From a virus (Duplodnaviria; Caudoviricetes), in IMG/VR virus record IMGVR_UViG_3300028624_000004, positions 32,001 through 96,000 of that record: a DNA stretch of 64,000 bases. One strand, 5' to 3'. A program made the translations under genes and the position numbers. Shown here piece after piece: positions 30,040 to 39,254 of the stretch (position 1 is the first letter of the stretch; each line of letters starts with the position of its first letter). The notes under the pieces are model-generated. The model worked only from the letters and a program-made list of their open reading frames with translations. It was not told where the DNA came from and made no database searches.

Positions 30040-32247
30040 ATGGCACTACGGGGACGCGCTTCACAATCCCGTTACGGAACTAACGCAACAGGAATAGATG
30101 CTTCGATAGAGTTGGAAAGACTCATTCAAAAGTCGTGTCCATCAAAGAAGATTGTCAAAAAACAAGTTCCTGGGTGTGTAAGGTCGCCCGTTGCCAAGAC
30201 GCATACCCCCATTCTAGACCGCGTAAATATTAAAAGATTTCCTATGGGGTTGATTGATATATCCCAGTCAATAGAATGTGATGTGCCATTTCCGTGTGAA
30301 GAACAATTTTATTGTGTAAAAATACTCGAAAGGGAAAGAGTAAGCTCATCCAGTTCTTCCAGCAGTTCCAGCAGTTCAAGCAGTTCAAGTAGCTCGTCAA
30401 GTTCCTCTTCAAGTAGCAGTTCGAGTAGCTCGTCAAGCTCTTCTTCTTCTTCTTCTTCTTCTTCAAGTTCCTCGTCAAGTAGCTCCAGTAGCTCAAATAT
30501 TTCTTCTTCAAGTAGCTCTTCAAGTTCTTCTTCAGCCGCTCCTGCATTGTTCTGTTGGTATTTCTATAATGCTACATACGATTGCGATACTGGATTATGG
30601 ACACAAGGAACTGCGTCTGCCGTATGCGATTCGGAAGATTATGGGGAAACTGATTGGATTCTTGATGACCCAGAGGCAGATCCGTGCCACGCTGTGAAGA
30701 TCGTCAAGGGTCCAGCATGCACTGTTCAGTTTGGTGAAGAATGCACAGCACCTGTCATACCTGACCCAACTAACCCACCTCTTGAACCAGATCCTCTCTG
30801 CTGCCCAAGTTCCTCGTCAAGTAGCTCCAGTAGCTCCAGTAGCTCGTCAAGCAGCTCTTCCAGTTCCTCGTCAAGTAGCTCCAGTAGCTCGTCCAGTTCT
30901 AGTAGTTCATCTGCTGTGGAATATTGTAATTGCACGTATGAATCATACTATTATTGCGAAACTGGTTGGGGGCTGCCATATGAATTCCCAGATTCTGAAA
31001 ATAATTGTGTGACTAGTTCAACTGATGAAAGTTATACTTGGGCATACTTATATGAAAATCATTGTTATGCTCAGACAGTAGTGTCTGTTGTGGGTAACTG
31101 TAACGATGTCCAACCAACCCCACCAGAAACACCAACAATAGATCCGGGTCCAAATTGCTGCATCAGTTCCTCTTCAAGTAGCTCATCTAGCTCATCTAGC
31201 TCATCAAGTAGCTCAAGTAGCTCTTCAAGCTCGTCAAGTTCTTCGAGTTCCAGTTCAAGTAGCTCATCTAGTTCCTCATCAAGTTCTTCACCGGAACCAC
31301 TACCAACATGCTGTGGAATAAATTTCTGGGCTACGGCAGAATGTTATTACGATGAAGAAACCGGAGAGGAATTTTACTGGAACGAACCAACATATGATCC
31401 AGAGTATCCTTATTCTACTTGTATCACGCTTGAACCTGGACAGACATGTGAATCTGCTGGATATGTATCATATGACTGGACAGTTACAGAAGGTAACGAT
31501 TGTGAAATAATATCAAAATGCTATTACGATAATACATGTATTGATGGTGATCTTGGATGTGTGGGTGACGGGTCGCCAAACGGACCATGTAACGGCACCA
31601 AGCCAGAGATATCTTTATCATGCAAAAACCAAATTAGTTGCGCCCCAAGTAGCTCGTCAAGTTCTTCGAGTAGCTCCAGTAGCTCCATTTCTTCGAGTAG
31701 ATCGTCAAGTAGCTCCAGTAGCTCTTCAAGTAGCTCGTCAAGTTCTTCGAGTAGCTCCAGTAGCTCGTCAAGTTCTTCGTCAAGTAGCTCGTCAAGCAGC
31801 TCTTCAAGTCCGTCCACCACAGGAACATGCTATCAGGTATGGCATTACGATTATTCACTAGTTTACTTATATTCTTCAACATGTGAAGGTAGTTGTACAC
31901 CATCCGAATGGACGTGTATTTATGATCCAGAATCTTCTATGTTCATTATGGAGAAAATTGTTTGTGGTTCATTATGTTCTGATGATCTAGATTGCGTAGA
32001 GGCAGAAGAGCCATCACTACCTGAGACAGACGAATGTTTGACGTTGTGTAGGGCTTGCTGGGTAACAGACTGTGGCGATACGTTAGGCGAAAATTGGACA
32101 TATTACGCAACTGAAACATGCGATCATCCTGACGGTTATTGTGACGGTCAATATCAGTATGACAGTACGACTTGGTTTACTACACCAGACTGTGCTGGAA
32201 TACCAGATTCTAACCCAGGACCAACGACATATTGTTGCATAGAATAA
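30040..32247 (+). CDS. Poly-serine / Cys-rich modular protein 1
   Basis: Cys-containing N-terminal domain of about 100 aa, four Ser tracts (30343-30534, 30808-30912, 31165-31290, 31648-31809) separating Cys-rich acidic modules; no signal peptide. Confidence 0.85.
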   Translation: MALRGRASQSRYGTNATGIDASIELERLIQKSCPSKKIVKKQVPGCVRSPVAKTHTPILDRVNIKRFPMGLIDISQSIECDVPFPCEEQFYCVKILERERVSSSSSSSSSSSSSSSSSSSSSSSSSSSSSSSSSSSSSSSSSSSSSSSSSSSNISSSSSSSSSSSAAPALFCWYFYNATYDCDTGLWTQGTASAVCDSEDYGETDWILDDPEADPCHAVKIVKGPACTVQFGEECTAPVIPDPTNPPLEPDPLCCPSSSSSSSSSSSSSSSSSSSSSSSSSSSSSSSSSSSAVEYCNCTYESYYYCETGWGLPYEFPDSENNCVTSSTDESYTWAYLYENHCYAQTVVSVVGNCNDVQPTPPETPTIDPGPNCCISSSSSSSSSSSSSSSSSSSSSSSSSSSSSSSSSSSSSSSSSSPEPLPTCCGINFWATAECYYDEETGEEFYWNEPTYDPEYPYSTCITLEPGQTCESAGYVSYDWTVTEGNDCEIISKCYYDNTCIDGDLGCVGDGSPNGPCNGTKPEISLSCKNQISCAPSSSSSSSSSSSSSISSSRSSSSSSSSSSSSSSSSSSSSSSSSSSSSSSSSSSSSPSTTGTCYQVWHYDYSLVYLYSSTCEGSCTPSEWTCIYDPESSMFIMEKIVCGSLCSDDLDCVEAEEPSLPETDECLTLCRACWVTDCGDTLGENWTYYATETCDHPDGYCDGQYQYDSTTWFTTPDCAGIPDSNPGPTTYCCIE

Positions 32248-32282
32248 CTATATAATAACGATATAATAAATAAAAGAAACTT

Positions 32283-33914
32283 ATGGCACTACGAGGAAGA
32301 GGTTATAGAACACGCTACGGCAGTCAAGTTACTGGAACAGATGCTTCCAGTGAGCTTGATAAGCTGTTGAAATCGTATTGCCCTATAGTTTCTTCCGCAG
32401 CCAACCAAGTGCCTGGATGCGAACGGAAAGCAATAGTAAAAACCCGCCGAAATGCGATTGAGCAGCCAGGACTACGTTGGCGAACAATTTTAACAAACAA
32501 CATCACCGAAACAGAAGAATGTAATATTCCTTATCAGTGTGATGTGAAGTGTTATTGTGTTATTGAGTCGGTTGGGAGGAAGATAAGTTCCTCTTCAAGT
32601 TCTTCGAGTAGCTCTTCAAGTTCCTCGTCAAGTTCCTCAAGTTCCTCGTCAAGTTCCTCAAGTTCCTCAAGTTCCTCGTCAAGTTCCTCGTCAAGTAGCT
32701 CTTCTAGCTCATCAAGTTCCTCAAGTAGCTCTAGTAGCTCCAGTTCCTCTAGTAGCTCTTCAAGTTCCTCGTCAAGTTCTTCAAGTAGCTCTAGTAGCTC
32801 TTCAAGTTCCTCGTCAAGTAGCTCAAGTAGCTCTTCATCAAGTTCTTCGAGTAGCTCTTCTAGCTCGTATGAACCTTCAAGTAGTTCATCTTCTAGCTTT
32901 AGCAGTTCCAGTAGCTCAAGTAGCTCAAGTAGCGCACCCACTGGACAATGTGAAGTTGTTATGATAGCAACATGCGTTGACGGAGAGTGGGATGTTCAGT
33001 ACCAAGGTGGTCCTGGCAATGAACATGTTTACTGTGTAGAAGATTGCACGCCATCTGATTGGACAGATGATGGGTTTGGTACTTATATTAAGGTATTGTG
33101 TGGTGATACTTGTTATAATGGCGATGCTGCACCATGTTGGAACCATGAAGACCCCGGTGTTCCAGATGCTCCATGTGGTTCTTCAAGTTCCTCAAGTAGC
33201 TCTTCGAGTTCCTCGTCAAGTAGCTCTTCTAGCTCGTCAAGTTCCTCAAGTAGCTCGTCAAGTAGCTCTAGTAGCTCTTCGAGTTCCTCGTCAAGTAGCT
33301 CTTCTAGCTCGTCAAGTTCCTCGTCAAGTAGCTCTTCTAGCTCGTCAAGTTCCTCCAGTAGCGCATATCTACCAAATTTCTGTAAGACTGTTTGGCAGTC
33401 AGAAAGAGACGGTGGTGTTGAACCGTGTGGGTGGTTTACTCCAACCGCATTGACTTCAGATTGTGTAACTGAATGTACTCCTGAAGCATGGCATGAGACT
33501 TCTGAAACAACATTATCCGGTTATCTGTTAGCAGAAACTACAATATGTGATCCAGCCGATTGTTCGGGAGAAGGTTGTGAGACTATATCAGACCCACCAG
33601 ATCCAAATCTTTCACTTAGCACAGATGGCTTCTTATATAAGGTAACATGGTATGTTGACTGCGGTGGAGTGATCGCCTCACCAGACTACCAGACAAATAT
33701 AGCTTCCTGTGTAGATGATGACGGTTCGTGTGTCCAATCAACCGCATGGTCTGACCCAGTTGGTGACCCGGGGAACGAGATGAGATACTGGACTGATTGT
33801 ATAAACAACTGTGGAATCTATGGATGCTCTAGTGAAGAAATAGAAGTTGTTTATGGTACAGATATTCCAAACTATAATGTACCACCCGACACTACTGATA
33901 TATGCCCACCGTAA
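32283..33914 (+). CDS. Poly-serine / Cys-rich modular protein 2 (paralogue of 30040..32247)
   Basis: Same N-terminus (MALRGR..YG..TG.DAS.EL..CP..QVPGC.R..YCV); Ser tracts of about 94 (32586-32867) and 61 (33180-33362) residues. Confidence 0.85.
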   Translation: MALRGRGYRTRYGSQVTGTDASSELDKLLKSYCPIVSSAANQVPGCERKAIVKTRRNAIEQPGLRWRTILTNNITETEECNIPYQCDVKCYCVIESVGRKISSSSSSSSSSSSSSSSSSSSSSSSSSSSSSSSSSSSSSSSSSSSSSSSSSSSSSSSSSSSSSSSSSSSSSSSSSSSSSSSSSSSSSSSSSSSSSYEPSSSSSSSFSSSSSSSSSSSAPTGQCEVVMIATCVDGEWDVQYQGGPGNEHVYCVEDCTPSDWTDDGFGTYIKVLCGDTCYNGDAAPCWNHEDPGVPDAPCGSSSSSSSSSSSSSSSSSSSSSSSSSSSSSSSSSSSSSSSSSSSSSSSSSSSSSSSSSSSSSAYLPNFCKTVWQSERDGGVEPCGWFTPTALTSDCVTECTPEAWHETSETTLSGYLLAETTICDPADCSGEGCETISDPPDPNLSLSTDGFLYKVTWYVDCGGVIASPDYQTNIASCVDDDGSCVQSTAWSDPVGDPGNEMRYWTDCINNCGIYGCSSEEIEVVYGTDIPNYNVPPDTTDICPP

Positions 33915-33955
33915 TTTCGAATAAATAACATATTTTCTATGTTATAATAGCTCCC

Positions 33956-34243
33956 ATGCTATTGCTCATCATTTACTTCCTCGTGGCTATATCGCTGTCG
34001 CAACTCTGGAGCAACTCTAAAGTATTTTCACCTGTCAGAAGATATATAACAAAAATTCCACTCGTAAGAGACGCTCTCCTGTGCTCTCCTTGTGCCTCTT
34101 TTTGGGTTGCTCTTGGATTTTCGTTTATCTTCAATCCATTAACCATGATACTACCAATACTTATATCAAATATAGCTCTTGCTGTTGTAAATTATGCTAT
34201 ATGCGGTATACTATATAAAAGAAACATTCTAACAGACGACTAA
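33956..34243 (+). CDS. Small membrane protein with CxxC (DUF1360-like)
   Basis: Three hydrophobic segments; LLCSPCASFWV motif. Confidence 0.6.
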   Translation: MLLLIIYFLVAISLSQLWSNSKVFSPVRRYITKIPLVRDALLCSPCASFWVALGFSFIFNPLTMILPILISNIALAVVNYAICGILYKRNILTDD

Positions 34244-34252
34244 GGAACACAC

Positions 34253-34738
34253 ATGGCAGAACTGACAAAACCAATTGACCTCGTACTTCGTTCCATTCGT
34301 GAGGAACGCGCCTTCAGAGCCGATTTCTCCAAGGCAGCAGACACTATCTTAGACAAAGTATATTCCTACTATACCAACCCAAACTGTACCTGTAAGGGTG
34401 CTATAGTAAACTGGATAAAGGAAAATACAGATACGGTCAATACACTTCTAGAAACCCATAAAGACGCTATAGCTGCTCTTAGCGATGAAGTCACCAAAGC
34501 AAAAGAAATAGCCGCAGAAGCAGCTAAGACCAACCCGCCGCCTCCCCCACGTACTCCAGAAGCCATGCTCAAGAATCCAAAGTCAAAGTTTGGCACTGTC
34601 ATTGACATTGATCGCGATCCGGATGCTTATAAGGCTCTTATTCATAAGGCAATTACGGAGGGATGGGTATATCGTGGCTGCACGGTTGTTCCTGATGTTG
34701 TTGATGGAAAAGCCGTTTGGTCGGTATTCTTCTTCTAA
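34253..34738 (+). CDS. Hypothetical protein with an NPNCTC motif
   Basis: AAGGA ribosome-binding site; CxC motif and Pro-rich linker. Confidence 0.6.
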   Translation: MAELTKPIDLVLRSIREERAFRADFSKAADTILDKVYSYYTNPNCTCKGAIVNWIKENTDTVNTLLETHKDAIAALSDEVTKAKEIAAEAAKTNPPPPPRTPEAMLKNPKSKFGTVIDIDRDPDAYKALIHKAITEGWVYRGCTVVPDVVDGKAVWSVFFF

Positions 34739-34747
34739 GGAATATAT

Positions 34748-35002
34748 ATGAAAGACCAGCGATTAACCGTGGAGCAACAGGTTTGGCTTGCTGCCTGGAC
34801 TGCTGCCATTACATCGGGAAAGTACAACCCTGAACAGGAAGCAGAAGCATGTCTAGCTGCTTTTCGTCAAAAGTTTACTCCTATTGTCGGTGGGAGAAAG
34901 CTTAGACTTCTGGAAATCAAACATCAGAATGATGAAAGTGATATAAAAGATAAAGATGTGGAAGAAGCTGAAAATGGCATGAGAGACATTAGTGATAAAT
35001 AG
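34748..35002 (+). CDS. Hypothetical protein
   Basis: AAGGA ribosome-binding site; operonic spacing. Confidence 0.55.
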   Translation: MKDQRLTVEQQVWLAAWTAAITSGKYNPEQEAEACLAAFRQKFTPIVGGRKLRLLEIKHQNDESDIKDKDVEEAENGMRDISDK

Positions 35003-35007
35003 TTATT

Positions 35008-35226
35008 ATGGCATGCATAAAACAGCGTACATACATTGACGGCGAATGGGAAATAACTGAAAAGATTATTTTTGTTGTCGGCAACCAGATAAATGAATAC
35101 GGTGGACCAACTGCTGACACTGGTTGGCAATATTCAGTAGATGGAAATACAAAGTATAGAACTTATGTGAGCGGCGAAGCTGTCAACTGCCAGGAAACTG
35201 ATTGTTGCCTGGATGAAATTTCTTAA
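35008..35226 (+). CDS. Small Cys-containing hypothetical protein
   Basis: Operonic; MAC... start and NCQETDCC near the end. Confidence 0.5.
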   Translation: MACIKQRTYIDGEWEITEKIIFVVGNQINEYGGPTADTGWQYSVDGNTKYRTYVSGEAVNCQETDCCLDEIS

Positions 35227-35287
35227 TTGCTAATATCAGAATCTTGTGATATAATAATCTATAATACCCATAATACGGAGATAATCT

Positions 35288-35773
35288 ATGACTGATGCCA
35301 TTGAAGGAAAGACTGTGACTACTGATTTGGATGCTGGAACGCAAACTGTGTCTGATGTATCGGAAGTTTCCCCACCAAATACTAAAAAAACCAAAAGAAT
35401 TTTGAACCCAGTAACTCTTAAGGTTATTGAACGCTCCATTCAGGAAGTTTTAAGCGACTATGTGAAAGAGTCTAAGCAGTTTACCGCTGACTCCATGCAT
35501 GGGATTCGTGTTAAAGTAACCGAGATGGTCAAGCAGCGTCTTGGAGAAGATGAAATAGAAAATGTTGATATTGGACTTGACTTGGCTAAGGTTCCAGAAA
35601 TTCCATTTTTTTTCAAAGTTAATATTCCAACGTCAAAACAAGCAAATCACTTCATCGAAGTAAACGAAGACGGCTTTGTAGTTCCTACTGAGGAACCTGT
35701 AAGTGTTCCAAGATGCGGCGAAGCTCAAACACCTGAAGAGTTCAAGAAGCTCGTTGAAGGGGACGGGAAGTAA
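35288..35773 (+). CDS. Hypothetical protein, first gene of the glycosylation operon
   Basis: GGAG ribosome-binding site; extended -10 at 35247. Confidence 0.55.
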   Translation: MTDAIEGKTVTTDLDAGTQTVSDVSEVSPPNTKKTKRILNPVTLKVIERSIQEVLSDYVKESKQFTADSMHGIRVKVTEMVKQRLGEDEIENVDIGLDLAKVPEIPFFFKVNIPTSKQANHFIEVNEDGFVVPTEEPVSVPRCGEAQTPEEFKKLVEGDGK

Positions 35774-35777
35774 GTGA

Positions 35778-36806
35778 ATGTCCAATAAAGTTTATGTTTA
35801 CGGCTTCCCTGGACTTTATGGTGGTGCTGGAACAGAACTCCATCACCAGATAATCGTCTGGTGTAAGATGGGTATGGATGTCCATATCATTCCAACCAAC
35901 GCGGGCTATAAGAATGAACCTTTGTTTGGTGAAATGGTAGGTCTTGGTGTTACCATCCATGAACATAACAACTTTGAAGTCATTGAAAAAGGCTCGCCAG
36001 TTCTTGGTTTCTGCAACTCAGAGTTTCTTGACAACCTTCCGCAGATTTACCACTACAGCCGCAATCCTGTTTTCGTGAATTGCATGACATGGTTATTTGA
36101 TAAGGAGAAAATGTGGGCAGCAGAAGGGCTAATCAAGGGGTTTCTCTATCAGAACGGCGAGGTTCTCGAAAAGAACATGCCGTTACTGAAAGCATTAAAT
36201 CCGACATCAGACGCCAAGTTCCTTGAGTTCAATCCTTACTTCGAACCTTCCAAGTTTCCGTTCATATCTGATAGGGATGAGAAGACATTTGGCATAGGTC
36301 ACATTAGCCGCCAAGACGCTGATAAGTTCTCCAAAGATACTCTTCATATTTGGGAGTATTGTGTTGCCCCTGTTCCCAAGCGTGGAGTTATTCTTGGGTT
36401 TGACGAGAGAAGTGAAAAGAAGATAGGTAAGCCAATGGATTGGATTAAAACCTATAGCGACCAAAGCAAACTGAGTCAGCAAGATTTCTATAAGCAATGT
36501 GATATCATCTTGCAGCCGACTGACACCACTGAAAACTATCCCAGAGTGGGCTTTGAAGCCATGTCGTCTGGCAGCATCTTGATAGTCGATGATCGCGGCG
36601 GTTGGAGGAAACAAGTGAAGCATGGAGTTACTGGTTGGCTCTGTAAGAACGATAGGGAGTTCATTTATTATGCTTCCAAGATGGCTTTTGAGCCAGAGTT
36701 ACGCAAGCAGATGGCTCTTGATGCGAAGAAGTGGTGTAGCGAGTTGTCGAGCCTGGAGAGTAGCATGAAGAGTTGGGAAAAAGTATTTAAGGAGTTGGTG
36801 AAATGA
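35778..36806 (+). CDS. Glycosyltransferase, GT-B fold (GT4-like)
   Basis: N-terminal YGGAGTE; C-terminal ENYPRVGFEAMSSG..IV.DRGG..QVKHGVTGWL (EX7E motif). Confidence 0.85.
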   Translation: MSNKVYVYGFPGLYGGAGTELHHQIIVWCKMGMDVHIIPTNAGYKNEPLFGEMVGLGVTIHEHNNFEVIEKGSPVLGFCNSEFLDNLPQIYHYSRNPVFVNCMTWLFDKEKMWAAEGLIKGFLYQNGEVLEKNMPLLKALNPTSDAKFLEFNPYFEPSKFPFISDRDEKTFGIGHISRQDADKFSKDTLHIWEYCVAPVPKRGVILGFDERSEKKIGKPMDWIKTYSDQSKLSQQDFYKQCDIILQPTDTTENYPRVGFEAMSSGSILIVDDRGGWRKQVKHGVTGWLCKNDREFIYYASKMAFEPELRKQMALDAKKWCSELSSLESSMKSWEKVFKELVK

Positions 36807-37912
36807 TTACTAAAGATTCTCTCCTAAAGATGTATGAAGAAGCATCTAAAAAAGACGACTATAGTTGGAGTACCTATCAGCCACTCAATGTTGCTGGATA
36901 TGAGGCAACCGTTGGGCAGTCTGGAAGAATCTGTAAAGATAGGGCAGATGCTATTATAAAGCATATTAAAGAGAATCTCCCCACAGATTCCACCTTTGTT
37001 GATTGGGGGTGTAATCATGGTTATTTTATATTTGAGTTGGCAAAACATGGCTATATTGCAACAGGATTAGATAGAGAGAAGAAGTATATAGATGTTTGTA
37101 GGTTTGTAAATGAATCGTCTGGTTTAAATCCCAAGCCGAAGTTTTTCTGCGAAGATTTAACGCCATTGTCTATGGAGCAGCATGCCGCTAAAGCTGCTTT
37201 TTGTTTCTCTGTTTTACATCATGTTAAAGATAACAAGATAAAAATATTCGATACGTTCTCTAAGATATATAAAAATGCTTACATAGAGATGGACGGGGCA
37301 AACTATGGTTATGATTATCTGAGAGTATTTTATTGGGATTTACAACTTGTGTGTGAAGCAAATGACGGATATGGAAAAACCACTCGACGGAGAAAGACTT
37401 GGTTTTGCACTAACGAAACTTCCGATGCTGTATATGAAAACATCAAGATGAATAACTGTCTCGCCGGGCGCTCGGTTTTTCTTAAAAAACCTAAAGACGA
37501 TTCGCCCTTTACCGTTGTCAAGCGCGAATCGGTGAAATTCTCTCATACGTGGGTCAAGACCGATTTGAGTTACGAAGCAAGTGTTTATAAGAAATTGCAC
37601 AGTCCTTACATTCCGAAACTCATAACATATGAAGATGAAGATGAAGGTTTACGAAAAATGGAAATAGAATACATAGATAAGGAAACTGATCGGGGGTTTT
37701 CATATATGGAAATTATGGAGTGGCTTAGGAGCAATGGTCTGTTTATAATCGACATAAATGCCGATCAGTTTGTTAAGACCAAGAGCGGATATGTGCTGGT
37801 TGATTTGGAATCTATTGTGCCAACTGACGAAGTAGATGGTAGGTTACGTGGAAAACATTCTGTGAAAACATATGAGGAACAGGTTAAGTATCTTGGGGAT
37901 AGGTTGAAATGA
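36803..37912 (+). CDS. WbdD-like bifunctional SAM-dependent methyltransferase / kinase
   Basis: Methyltransferase half: YQP, FVDWGCNHGYF..LAKHG..ATGLD and FSVLHHV. Kinase-like half: VVKRE, YEASVY, IPKLI, MEIEYID, GLFIIDINADQF and LVDLESIV. Confidence 0.7.
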   Translation: MITKDSLLKMYEEASKKDDYSWSTYQPLNVAGYEATVGQSGRICKDRADAIIKHIKENLPTDSTFVDWGCNHGYFIFELAKHGYIATGLDREKKYIDVCRFVNESSGLNPKPKFFCEDLTPLSMEQHAAKAAFCFSVLHHVKDNKIKIFDTFSKIYKNAYIEMDGANYGYDYLRVFYWDLQLVCEANDGYGKTTRRRKTWFCTNETSDAVYENIKMNNCLAGRSVFLKKPKDDSPFTVVKRESVKFSHTWVKTDLSYEASVYKKLHSPYIPKLITYEDEDEGLRKMEIEYIDKETDRGFSYMEIMEWLRSNGLFIIDINADQFVKTKSGYVLVDLESIVPTDEVDGRLRGKHSVKTYEEQVKYLGDRLK

Positions 37913-38640
37913 GGGATATTTGGCTCTATTGGGAAAATAAACCGGGTAAAAAAAAGCCAGAGTACCTGAATCTATGTCTCAGAACTATTCAAAAGAACTG
38001 TGGTCTTGGCTTTGATATTCGTGTACTTGATGAGAAGTCGGTTCTTGAGTATCTGCCAAATCTCAGACCAGAAATTGCAAAGTTTCCTTGTCTTGCTCAC
38101 AAGGCGGACTATATTCGAGCATATCTTCTTTACATACATGGCGGCGTTTGGTTTGATAGTGATAGTATATTACTTAAACCCCTTGCTCCTGTGTTTGACG
38201 ATATGGAAAAATCACAAACTGACTTTGTTGGTTGCGGGCGCTCTGGCAACCGCCCATCAATAGGATTTATGGCTGCCAAGAAAGGATGTAAATTACTTGA
38301 TCTATGGATTCGTGATATGGATGTTATCATAAACCATAGTATAGACTACAAGTTCCGTTGGACAGAGATAGGATATGATATTCTCTGGAAACATTCTGCG
38401 TCTTACAGATACAAACACTATGATTTTAAGAAGTGTATTCCATTCTACTCTAAATGGAAGGAAATATTCTTTACAACTGATACTGAATCTAAGAAAAAGT
38501 ATCTTAAGAGGATAACTGAAGATACTTTAATGGTTTATCTTTATAACGCAATGTTTCCAACATCTTTCAAGAATTTGACTGAACAAGAAGTTTTGGCAAG
38601 TAATTTTTTTATTTCTGATTTGCTTAGGAGCAATATATGA
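37909..38640 (+). CDS. DXD glycosyltransferase (GT32 / capsular polysaccharide synthesis family)
   Basis: IWLYWE, HKADYIRAYLLY.HGGVWFDSD, FMAAKKG and WTEIG. Confidence 0.85.
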   Translation: MRDIWLYWENKPGKKKPEYLNLCLRTIQKNCGLGFDIRVLDEKSVLEYLPNLRPEIAKFPCLAHKADYIRAYLLYIHGGVWFDSDSILLKPLAPVFDDMEKSQTDFVGCGRSGNRPSIGFMAAKKGCKLLDLWIRDMDVIINHSIDYKFRWTEIGYDILWKHSASYRYKHYDFKKCIPFYSKWKEIFFTTDTESKKKYLKRITEDTLMVYLYNAMFPTSFKNLTEQEVLASNFFISDLLRSNI

Positions 38641-39254
38641 CACAATTCATCAATGATCTTACTGATTCTATCGTGACTGGTGAAATCAAGAAGGATATCT
38701 ACAATTTCCGCAAGATGGACCGTTCTAAAATAGACTACTACATTGATCTTGGGGCTAATCATGGTCTTGTATACAACAGTCTCATTCAGAGTGGCTGGAC
38801 CTTCAAGAAGGCGATTCTGTTGGAGCCACTGGAGCATAACTACAACATTCTTAAGCAGAATGTTCCCGTCACTGATGCTGTTTTCCTAAACAAAATGTGT
38901 TTTGGCTCGGATGATACTCCACAGCAGCTTTCTTTTACGAAAAGCAACAGTAGTGGTTCCACACAGTTTGCCTATTACGGTGGTGTTGGTGATAAGATTC
39001 CATCAGCAACACTCAAGATGCTTGTAGATTCCCATGGAATAGACCCTACCAAGCTCCTTTTGAAAGTAGACTGTGAAGGTGCTGAAAAGTACCTACTTGC
39101 GGGTGAGAATCTGGAAGTTGCTAAACAGTGTCCATACATCACCGGTGAGTTTCATACCGGAACGAAAGTTTTTGTTGAGATTCTTCATACACACATGAAG
39201 AAAACTCACTCCCTGTCTTTCAAAGGACTGAGTTTCTTCATTGAGCCACGATAG
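38637..39254 (+). CDS. FkbM-family methyltransferase
   Basis: YIDLGANHG, LEPL..NY..L..N, LLKVDCEGAE and GEFH. Confidence 0.85.
   Translation: MTQFINDLTDSIVTGEIKKDIYNFRKMDRSKIDYYIDLGANHGLVYNSLIQSGWTFKKAILLEPLEHNYNILKQNVPVTDAVFLNKMCFGSDDTPQQLSFTKSNSSGSTQFAYYGGVGDKIPSATLKMLVDSHGIDPTKLLLKVDCEGAEKYLLAGENLEVAKQCPYITGEFHTGTKVFVEILHTHMKKTHSLSFKGLSFFIEPR

Noticed and set aside
30343-33362. Repetitive DNA as a CRISPR array or non-coding satellite
   Set aside because: There is no constant repeat with unique spacers; the repeats are in-frame mixed Ser codons within long ORFs.
30242-33453. ELLELLDEE and RQVAPVA ORFs on other frames
   Set aside because: These are alternative-frame shadows of the serine tracts.
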